Origin: Bacillales bacterium
GTDB taxonomy: Bacteria > Bacillota_I > Bacilli_A > RFN20 > CAG-826
NCBI GenBank assembly: GCA_016287465.1
Contig: JAEEWP010000003.1
Coordinates: 1-44,899 of the forward strand
Length of the DNA stretch: 44,899 bases
Direction of reading: 5' to 3'
This document shows, one piece after another, positions 37,859-44,899 of this stretch. Position 1 is the first letter of the stretch; each line of letters starts with the position of its first letter. The translations under genes were made by a program, and so were the position numbers. Under the pieces are notes generated by a model. The model saw only the letters and a program-made list of their open reading frames with translations, was not told the DNA's origin and did not search any database.

Positions 37859-39219
37859 TGAAAAAGTTCGTCTCGATCTTCAAAAATAAAGAGATTGTCA
37901 ATCGTATTTTCTTTACGATCATGATCCTCTTCGTCGTCAGGATCGGGGCGGCCATTACGGTACCGGGGGTCCACATCGAGAAACAGCTCGATGATCTCAT
38001 GAAGAGCGGCAACTCGCTCGCTATCATGGACTTGCTCGGAGGTGGAGCTCTCTCCAACTTCTCCGTGTTTGCCCTCGGTGTCTCGCCATACATCACGGCT
38101 CAGATTATCATTCAGCTTCTCTCCAAGGATGTCTTGCCAGCGCTTACTGAACTCAGCAAGCAAGGCGAGTACGGACGTAAGAAGAGCGAGATGGCCACGC
38201 GTTATCTCACGCTTCTTCTCGGTGCTGTACAAGGATATGGCATCATCCGCACCATGGAGAACAGCAGCTTCATCACCTTAAATCTCGAGAGCAATTTCTG
38301 GACTTACGCCTACATCGTAACCGTCATCCTCGCGGGTGCCATGCTTACCATGTGGCTTGGTGACCAGATCACCGAGAAAGGCCTCGGAAATGGTATCTCC
38401 ATGATCATCTTCGCCGGCTGCGTCAGATCGCTGCCGACCCAGATCACAACCGCTTGGAAGAAGTGGGTCACAGACACTGTCACCCGTTCTTCTAGCGAAA
38501 TGATCAGAGGTGCCTTCCAGTTCGCCTTATATATCCTCGCGATGGTCCTCATCATCGGCTTCGTCGTCTTCATCGAGTTGTCGAAGAGAAAGATCCCAGT
38601 CCAGCACGCAGGAAAAGGTGGTGGTTCCGCCGCTATGGCGCGCGCCTCCTTCTTACCGATCAAGATCAATAGCGCAGGTGTCATCCCTGTCATCTTCGCT
38701 AGCTCCATCCTAAGCGCACCGGCCATCATCGCCAGCTTCATCTCAAGTGAGGCGGCAAGTGCCCCGTGGCTTAACATCTTCAACTACAACAAGACCTTCT
38801 CCATGCCGTGGTTCGACGGAACCCACTGGGAGATGAACTGGGGCTTATTCATCTATTTAGCCCTCATCATCGCCTTCTGCTTCTTCTACGCGGAGATGCA
38901 GATCGACCCGGAGAACCTTGCGGATAACTTCCAGAAGAATGGTTCCTACATTCCAGGCATCCGCCCAGGAAAAGAAACCGAGAGATACGTCAGGAAAGTC
39001 CTTAACAGAGTCACCTTCATCGGTGCTATGTCACTCTCCATCATCGCAGCTCTCCCAGTCATCCTCGTTTGGGCCAATGTCTTCGATGGCGACAACACCC
39101 TTGCCCTTGGCGGCACCGGTCTCATCATCATCGTCGGCGTTGCTCTTGAAATCAACGCCCAGATCGATGGCCTTCTCGCTGGTAAGTCATTTGACAAAGT
39201 GAAAGGAATTCAACAATAA
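37858..39219 (+). CDS. secY: Preprotein translocase subunit SecY
   Basis: FALGVSPYITA, GLGNGIS, AGVIPVIFA, IPGIRPG, GGTGLII. Confidence 0.98.
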   Translation: MKKFVSIFKNKEIVNRIFFTIMILFVVRIGAAITVPGVHIEKQLDDLMKSGNSLAIMDLLGGGALSNFSVFALGVSPYITAQIIIQLLSKDVLPALTELSKQGEYGRKKSEMATRYLTLLLGAVQGYGIIRTMENSSFITLNLESNFWTYAYIVTVILAGAMLTMWLGDQITEKGLGNGISMIIFAGCVRSLPTQITTAWKKWVTDTVTRSSSEMIRGAFQFALYILAMVLIIGFVVFIELSKRKIPVQHAGKGGGSAAMARASFLPIKINSAGVIPVIFASSILSAPAIIASFISSEAASAPWLNIFNYNKTFSMPWFDGTHWEMNWGLFIYLALIIAFCFFYAEMQIDPENLADNFQKNGSYIPGIRPGKETERYVRKVLNRVTFIGAMSLSIIAALPVILVWANVFDGDNTLALGGTGLIIIVGVALEINAQIDGLLAGKSFDKVKGIQQ

Positions 39220-39221
39220 AG

Positions 39222-39878
39222 ATGCTCAATATCGTTCTGATGGGCCCGCCTGGCGCGGGCAAAGGCACGCATGCCCTTTGGATCGCCAAAGACTATGGCC
39301 TTCCACATATCTCCACGGGCGACATGTTCCGTGAGGCTATGGCAAGTGGCAGCGAGCTTGGAAACAAAATCAAGGCTATCGTCAATAGCGGTGGACTCGT
39401 CTCTGACGACCTCACCTGCGCGTTAGTTAAGGAAAGGTTATCCCGCAAAGACTGCGAGAATGGCTACCTCCTTGATGGCTTCCCACGCACCATCGCCCAA
39501 GCCGAGGCCCTCAAAACGTTTGGGAAAGAGATCAACCGTGAGGTCAACACCGTCCTCAACATCTCTTGCCCAGATGAGCTTCTGATCGAAAGGATCGCCG
39601 GACGCAGGGTTTGCCCAAAATGCGGCGCTTCATATAACGTCACTTTCATGCCTCCTAAGAAGAAAGAAGGCATCTGCGACGAATGCGGAACACCAATCGT
39701 GCAACGCAAAGACGACAATGCGGAAAGCTTCAAAGTCCGCCTTGCCAATTACTACAAGAGCACAGCCCCTCTTATGGAATTCTATAAGGGTGAGGGCTTA
39801 CTCGCTGACTTCGATGGTTCTATCGGAGCAGCTGACCTTAAGAAAGCGCTTGTCGCCTTCCTTGAGGAACATAAATGA
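39222..39878 (+). CDS. adk: Adenylate kinase (zinc-lid type)
   Basis: GPPGAGKGT, HISTGDMFR, LDGFPRT, CPKC..CDEC. Confidence 0.98.
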   Translation: MLNIVLMGPPGAGKGTHALWIAKDYGLPHISTGDMFREAMASGSELGNKIKAIVNSGGLVSDDLTCALVKERLSRKDCENGYLLDGFPRTIAQAEALKTFGKEINREVNTVLNISCPDELLIERIAGRRVCPKCGASYNVTFMPPKKKEGICDECGTPIVQRKDDNAESFKVRLANYYKSTAPLMEFYKGEGLLADFDGSIGAADLKKALVAFLEEHK

Positions 39879-40633
39879 TCATCATCAAATCCCCTCGTGA
39901 GATTGAGCTGATGAGGAAGGCTGGAGCGCTTACCGCGAAAGTCTTCGAGACCGTCGGACCCCTCGTCCAACCTGGCGTCACCACCAAGTACCTCGCAAAG
40001 ATGGCTAAGAAAGTCATCGAGGATGCCGGTGGTATCTGCGTCGAGGAAGGATATGGGGGATTCCCTGGCGAGATCTGCACATCAGTCAATAACGTCTTGG
40101 TCCATGGCGTCCCTTCCGAAACGAAGGTTCTCAAGGATGGGGATATTGTCTCTCTTGATGTTGTCTCCCTTCTTAACGGCTATATGGGAGACGCTTGCCG
40201 CACTTACCCAGTAGGAATATGCGGCAAAGAGACGCTTCGCCTCATAGAAGTAACCGAACAGTGCTTCTGGAACGGCGTGAGCCTCATCAAAGAGGGCGTG
40301 CACCTAGGAGATATCCAAGAGGCTATTCAAAAGACCGCTGAGAGCAACGGATACTCAGTCGTCAGAGAGTACACCGGACATGGAATAGGTCACGAAATGC
40401 ACGAAGACCCTTACATCCCGAACTACGGAAAGGCCGGAACCGGTCCGATCCTCAAAGCGGGAATGACCCTTGCCATCGAGCCGATGGTAATGGCTGGAAA
40501 ACCGGCGATAAGGGTTCTAGGCGATGGTTGGAGCGCTGTCTCAAAAGACGGCAAGCTCAACGCACATTACGAGAACACCGTCCTTGTCACCAAGGATGGC
40601 TATGAAGTATTAACCCTTCATAGTGAGCAATAG
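39875..40633 (+). CDS. map: Methionine aminopeptidase type I
   Basis: CTSVN..VHG, GHGIG..MHEDP, AIEPM, AHYENT. Confidence 0.98.
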   Translation: MIIIKSPREIELMRKAGALTAKVFETVGPLVQPGVTTKYLAKMAKKVIEDAGGICVEEGYGGFPGEICTSVNNVLVHGVPSETKVLKDGDIVSLDVVSLLNGYMGDACRTYPVGICGKETLRLIEVTEQCFWNGVSLIKEGVHLGDIQEAIQKTAESNGYSVVREYTGHGIGHEMHEDPYIPNYGKAGTGPILKAGMTLAIEPMVMAGKPAIRVLGDGWSAVSKDGKLNAHYENTVLVTKDGYEVLTLHSEQ

Positions 40634-40646
40634 GAGGTATCTTCAT

Positions 40647-40868
40647 TTGAGTAAAGAAGATTGCATTGAAGTTGAAGCCACAGTCTTGGAAAACCTTCCA
40701 AACACTACCTTCAGAGTCAAACTCGCCAATGGAGCGGTGGTTCTGGCTAGCGTTTCGGGAAAAATCAGAATGCACTACATTCGTATTCTTCCCGGTGATC
40801 GAGTCACCGTTCAGTTCTCGCCATATGATTTAACACGCGGCCGCATCACTTTCCGTTACAAAAACTAA
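40647..40868 (+). CDS. infA: Translation initiation factor IF-1
   Basis: TTG start after AGGAGGT; [25 protein letters not shown]. Confidence 0.97.
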   Translation: MSKEDCIEVEATVLENLPNTTFRVKLANGAVVLASVSGKIRMHYIRILPGDRVTVQFSPYDLTRGRITFRYKN

Positions 40869-40914
40869 CTCAACAGAAGCTAGTAAAAACCAAAAAAAGC
40901 ATTAGGAGAAACTT

Positions 40915-41028
40915 ATGAAAGTCAGACCATCCGTCAAACCGATCTGCGATAAGTGCAAAATCATCCGCCGTCATGGCGTGGTCATGTGCATCTGCCAAAA
41001 TCCTAAGCACAAGCAGAGACAAGGCTAA
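40915..41028 (+). CDS. rpmJ: 50S ribosomal protein L36 (not in the ORF track)
   Basis: Translated by hand: [37 protein letters not shown]; AGGAG SD. Confidence 0.98.
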   Translation: MKVRPSVKPICDKCKIIRRHGVVMCICQNPKHKQRQG

Positions 41029-41047
41029 TTAAGGAGATTAAAAGAAT

Positions 41048-41422
41048 ATGGCACGTATCGTCGGGGTGGATATCCCATCCGAGAAACGCGTTGTTATCGC
41101 CCTTACCTACATCTATGGTATCGGTGACACAACCGCGACAGAAATTTGCAAAGCTGCCGGCGTCAGCGAGGACATCAGAGTCAAAGACTTAACTGATGAA
41201 CAGCTCGTCGCCCTCAGAACCGAAGTCGCCAAGCATCACACCGAAGGCGACCTTCGCCGTGAGATCGCTATGAACATCAAGCGCCTCACCGAAATCAACT
41301 GCTACCGTGGCGTCCGTCACAGAAAAGGTCTTCCAGTCAGAGGTCAGAACACCAAGACCAATGCCCGTACCCGCAAAGGTAAGAGAAAGACCATCGCCAA
41401 CAAGAAGCAGGCTACTAAGTAA
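41048..41422 (+). CDS. rpsM: 30S ribosomal protein S13
   Basis: [35 protein letters not shown]. Confidence 0.99.
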   Translation: MARIVGVDIPSEKRVVIALTYIYGIGDTTATEICKAAGVSEDIRVKDLTDEQLVALRTEVAKHHTEGDLRREIAMNIKRLTEINCYRGVRHRKGLPVRGQNTKTNARTRKGKRKTIANKKQATK

Positions 41423-41440
41423 TGAAAGGAGGACACGTAA

Positions 41441-41848
41441 ATGGCAGAAGCTAAGAAAAAGTCCAAAAAGACTAGCGCTCGCAAGAAAAAAGTTAAGCGC
41501 ACGTTTACCAAAGGTGTCGTCCACATTCACGCCACCTTCAACAACACCATCGTCACCGTTACCGACGAAAAAGGCAATGTCATCGCCTGGTCCAGCTCCG
41601 GTGCCCTCGGTTACAAGGGTGCCAAGAAGGCCACTCCATTCGCCTCTCAGCTCGCTTCCGAAGCCGCTGGCAAGAGCGCCTATGATCAGGGCCTCCGTCA
41701 GGTCGATGTCGACGTCAAGGGCCCAGGCCCAGGCCGTGAGAGCGCCGTCCGTGCTTTAGCGAACGTTGGCCTTCAGGTCTTATCAATTGTCGATACCACT
41801 CCAATCCCTCACAATGGTTGCCGTCCTCCAAAGAGGCCGCGTGGCTAA
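41441..41848 (+). CDS. rpsK: 30S ribosomal protein S11
   Basis: [29 protein letters not shown]. Confidence 0.99.
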   Translation: MAEAKKKSKKTSARKKKVKRTFTKGVVHIHATFNNTIVTVTDEKGNVIAWSSSGALGYKGAKKATPFASQLASEAAGKSAYDQGLRQVDVDVKGPGPGRESAVRALANVGLQVLSIVDTTPIPHNGCRPPKRPRG

Positions 41849-41898
41849 TCCCTTACAGAAACATATGTAAGGAAAGACTAATAGGAGGAAATTAATTA

Positions 41899-42906
41899 AT
41901 GGCTAACCAAACCAATGACGTCAAAGCGGAAGAAATTCGTCTTCCTAACCCTTTCCAACCATTCGATCTCAAGATCGATGTCAACGATGAGAACGAGCAC
42001 TACGCCCGTTTCGTGGTCGAACCTCTCGAAAGAGGATTCGGCCTCACCATCGGCAACTCCCTTCGCCGTGTCTTGCTAAGCGCCCTTCCAGGAGCCAGCG
42101 TCTTCGCGGTTCAGATTGAAGGTGTCCGTCATGAATTCACCGCCATCCCAGGCGTTGAAGAAGACGTGACCGCCATCATCCTCAACCTCAAGGACCTCGT
42201 CCTCAAGGTCGATAGCACCACCAATGATGTCAAGACCCTTACCGTCGATTTCAAGGGCCCAGGCGTCCTTAAGGCTGGCGATCTCAAGCTCCCAAGCATG
42301 GTGAGCGTCGTCAACAAAGACTTAGAGATTGCCCACCTCAATAGCGAAGGCCATCTCGAGATGTCCATCTTCGTCGGCCAGGGCCGTGGCTATATCACTA
42401 GCGAAGGCAACAAGCTTGAACGCAAGATCGACACCATCGGCGTCATCCCAACCGACAGCAACTACTCGCCTGTCATCAAAGTCGCCTTCAATGTCGAGCC
42501 AACCCGTGTTGAGCACGATTCCAAGTTCGACAAATTGACCCTTGAGGTCACCACCAACGGTTCCATCAAACCTCATGAGGCCGTTGCTATGGCCGCCCAG
42601 CTTCTTGCGGCCCACTTCGATAAGTTCACCCACCTTGATGAAGCGGTTAAGAACTACCGTCTCGTCAAAGAGGAAGTCAAACCGGAGGAAAACAAATATC
42701 AGGGCATGATGATCGAAGAACTCGATCTCAGTGTCAGAAGCAACAACTGCCTTAAGCGTGCGGGCATCAGCACCGTCATGGAACTCACTCAGAAGAGCGA
42801 GGATGAGATGATGAAAGTCCGTAACCTTGGCAAGAAGTCGCTCAAAGAAGTCAAAGAGAAGCTCGCCACTTATGGGCTTCACTTCCGTGATTACGTAGGA
42901 GAATAA
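41899..42906 (+). CDS. rpoA: RNA polymerase alpha subunit
   Basis: EPLERGFGLTIGNSLRRVLLS, LSVRSNNCLKRAG, RNLGKKSL. Confidence 0.99.
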   Translation: MANQTNDVKAEEIRLPNPFQPFDLKIDVNDENEHYARFVVEPLERGFGLTIGNSLRRVLLSALPGASVFAVQIEGVRHEFTAIPGVEEDVTAIILNLKDLVLKVDSTTNDVKTLTVDFKGPGVLKAGDLKLPSMVSVVNKDLEIAHLNSEGHLEMSIFVGQGRGYITSEGNKLERKIDTIGVIPTDSNYSPVIKVAFNVEPTRVEHDSKFDKLTLEVTTNGSIKPHEAVAMAAQLLAAHFDKFTHLDEAVKNYRLVKEEVKPEENKYQGMMIEELDLSVRSNNCLKRAGISTVMELTQKSEDEMMKVRNLGKKSLKEVKEKLATYGLHFRDYVGE

Positions 42907-42908
42907 CA

Positions 42909-43310
42909 ATGCCAGCACAAGGTAGAAAGAACGTCCACGGCAAAGCCGGTGTTCGCTTCAGAGCCGGTTATACCGCCTCTAAAAACAAATCAATGCTTCG
43001 CAACGTCGTGAGCGAGCTCATCGTCCACGGCCAGGTCAAGGTCACCAGCGGAGTTACCCCAGAGCTTGTCACTCTCGCCGAAAAGATGGTCACATTCGCC
43101 AAACAGGGCGATCTCGCTGGCCGTCGTGAAGCCATGAAGGTCATCCGCCCAGGCATCGTCGATGCTAATGGCGTCGAGGCCATCGATAAGCTTTTCAAAG
43201 AACTCGGACCAAAGTTCAAAGACAGAAACGGTGGTTACACCCGTGTCTACAAGCTTGGCGCCCGTCGTGGCGACAATGCCGAAGTCGAACTCGTCCAGTG
43301 GGTTGACTAA
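42909..43310 (+). CDS. rplQ: 50S ribosomal protein L17
   Basis: MLRN, RNGGYTRVYKLG.RRGDNA; position after rpoA. Confidence 0.96.
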   Translation: MPAQGRKNVHGKAGVRFRAGYTASKNKSMLRNVVSELIVHGQVKVTSGVTPELVTLAEKMVTFAKQGDLAGRREAMKVIRPGIVDANGVEAIDKLFKELGPKFKDRNGGYTRVYKLGARRGDNAEVELVQWVD

Positions 43311-43326
43311 GCGATAAGCAACAACT

Positions 43327-43355
43327 AAGCCTCTCTATTTATAGAGGGGCTTTTT
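43327..43355 (+). terminator. Terminator of the ribosomal superoperon
   Basis: AAGCCTCTCTAT-tt-ATAGAGGGGCTT followed by a T tract. Confidence 0.85.
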
Positions 43356-43373
43356 GTTTATAATATGTGCCGT

Positions 43374-44024
43374 ATGTATAAGAATTTCATTTTCGATCTC
43401 GACGGTACCCTCCTCGAGACCTTGCCAGATATCGTCACTGCGATTAACGCCGCACTCAAAGAATGCGGGTTCGATTATGTCTATGACATCGAATCAGGGA
43501 AGAAGCTCATCGGTGATGGTGTTGCTAACTTAATGCACCGCGCCTTGAAGGATAAAGACACACCTGAGAACTTTGAAGCGATAAAGAGGGTCTTCATGCC
43601 TCTTTATCAGGAATACCAGACAAAGACCACCAAAGCGATGAAAGGATGCGTAGAGACCCTCTCTAGCCTCAAAAAGAGGGGTTCTGGCCTCTTTGTCTGC
43701 ACGAACAAACCGAATCACCTCGCTTTAGAGGTCCTTGATAACATCTTTGGCCCTAACACCTTCGACTTCATCAAAGGACTAAAAGAAGGGGAAGCGCCTA
43801 AACCAGATAAGCACAATGTTGATGTCATCATGGACAGATATCACCTCAATCCGAAAGAGACCCTTTTTGTCGGGGATTCCATGACTGATTACAACACCGC
43901 AAGAAACGGAGGCCTCGCTTTCTGCCTTTGCGTCTATGGATATGGAAATTACACGAGCGAATTCATCGCGAAGAGTGATTATAATATCAAAGAGCCTAAG
44001 GAGCTCCTTAACCTAGCTAAATGA
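43374..44024 (+). CDS. HAD-family hydrolase (phosphoglycolate-phosphatase-like)
   Basis: FDLDGTL, VCTNKP, KPD, FVGDS..D, YGYG. Confidence 0.92.
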   Translation: MYKNFIFDLDGTLLETLPDIVTAINAALKECGFDYVYDIESGKKLIGDGVANLMHRALKDKDTPENFEAIKRVFMPLYQEYQTKTTKAMKGCVETLSSLKKRGSGLFVCTNKPNHLALEVLDNIFGPNTFDFIKGLKEGEAPKPDKHNVDVIMDRYHLNPKETLFVGDSMTDYNTARNGGLAFCLCVYGYGNYTSEFIAKSDYNIKEPKELLNLAK

Positions 44025-44863
44025 ATCTGTTCAGCAAGAAGACATACCAAGAGAACAAATACGCTCTCCCATATGGGATCGTTTTGGCGACTGCCTTCTT
44101 CTTAGCCATGATCGTCTTCTCGATCTGCTATGGCAACAAAGAATACATGGCGGATGTCATGGGAAGAGAGTTCGAGAAGAACATCATCGGACAGACTTCC
44201 TTCATGGCAGGGGGCTTTGCTCTTATTCTCATCCTCGATTACGGTCTTTCTTTCTCCTTCGACAGGAAAGAGAAACGCCGCCTAGTCGATATCATTGGCC
44301 TCTCTGCTGCCTCTTTGGAGTGGCTTTGGGTATTTGCCTGCTCACTCATTTATATCATCAATTGGCAGGGCGAGAGGGGAACCTTTGAGTTTACTCTCCG
44401 TATTGTCACGATGATTGTCATTTATCTCGTCATGGGTGTGAATATCCTTTCGAGAGTCCCTAAGTTCAGAGATTTCGAAGAATTGATCCAAGGCCACGCT
44501 CAGATGCTCATATACCTCACCATCCTTGGATTGATCGGTTTAGTCAATCACATGATGATGTGGACCGTCCTTGCTAGAAATAACAACACATATGGCCTTG
44601 TCACCAACTTCATCTGCATTGGCGTTGACGTCATCATGATCGCCGCCCCATTCTTCCTTAAGATGTTCGCTGATGAGAAAATCAAAGGTCCTGTGTTTGG
44701 TCTTGTCGCTTCAATCATCACAACCGTGTTGTTTGTGATATTCACCCTCATGATGGTTTACTTCTACAAACAGAAGCTTGACCCTCTTGTCTATCGTGAG
44801 TTCTACTGGGCGATGTTCGTATATCCGTTTGATATCGTTCTAAGGATTGCTGCAATCGTATAG
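44021..44863 (+). CDS. Hypothetical multi-pass membrane protein
   Basis: 280 aa with about 7-8 hydrophobic segments; adjoins the HAD gene stop. Confidence 0.78.
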   Translation: MNLFSKKTYQENKYALPYGIVLATAFFLAMIVFSICYGNKEYMADVMGREFEKNIIGQTSFMAGGFALILILDYGLSFSFDRKEKRRLVDIIGLSAASLEWLWVFACSLIYIINWQGERGTFEFTLRIVTMIVIYLVMGVNILSRVPKFRDFEELIQGHAQMLIYLTILGLIGLVNHMMMWTVLARNNNTYGLVTNFICIGVDVIMIAAPFFLKMFADEKIKGPVFGLVASIITTVLFVIFTLMMVYFYKQKLDPLVYREFYWAMFVYPFDIVLRIAAIV

Positions 44864-44899
44864 TACGGAATCATCTATAAGAAGCTAAAACAGTAAAAA

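Noticed and set aside
41849-41898. Absence of rpsD between rpsK and rpoA
   Set aside because: This is the normal arrangement in Bacilli, where rpsD is encoded elsewhere.
28250-43219. Many long antisense and alternate-frame ORFs over the ribosomal genes (e.g. 31061-31765, 37573-38232, 42322-42918)
   Set aside because: Shadow ORFs from strong codon bias; no recognisable motifs, and they overlap certain genes.

Overview
A core-chromosome window from an anaerobic low-GC Gram-positive lineage. The gene content suggests uncultured gut or rumen Bacilli, but that is an inference. It uses the standard code, with TGA as a stop. The left 27.7 kb holds housekeeping and accessory genes: a permuted membrane-anchored GH3, a PAS-GGDEF protein, a PII-like/CPA2 antiporter pair, yhhN, rarA, a class III RNR locus (nrdD with fused glutaredoxin, trxB-like, nrdG), an enlarged mscL, a RimK-like ligase, a NadE with an N-terminal Phd/YefM-like domain, envelope genes, and a preQ1-riboswitch-led queT-tgt-queA-queH cluster. 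The right 15.3 kb is the S10-spc-alpha ribosomal superoperon, lacking rpmD and rpsD, followed by a HAD hydrolase and a membrane protein. I saw no CRISPR array, tRNA, rRNA or transposase. Main leads: (1) an antitoxin-like DNA-binding domain fused to NAD synthetase, with a palindrome over its own -10 box and a Cys-to-Ser change in the glutaminase site; (2) an anaerobic RNR with a built-in redoxin and a thioredoxin reductase lacking NADPH-binding motifs; (3) shared Lys/Ala/Pro-rich N-terminal extensions on uL23, uL22 and uL5; (4) many apparently leaderless genes. All family calls come from motif recognition by eye, not from database searches.
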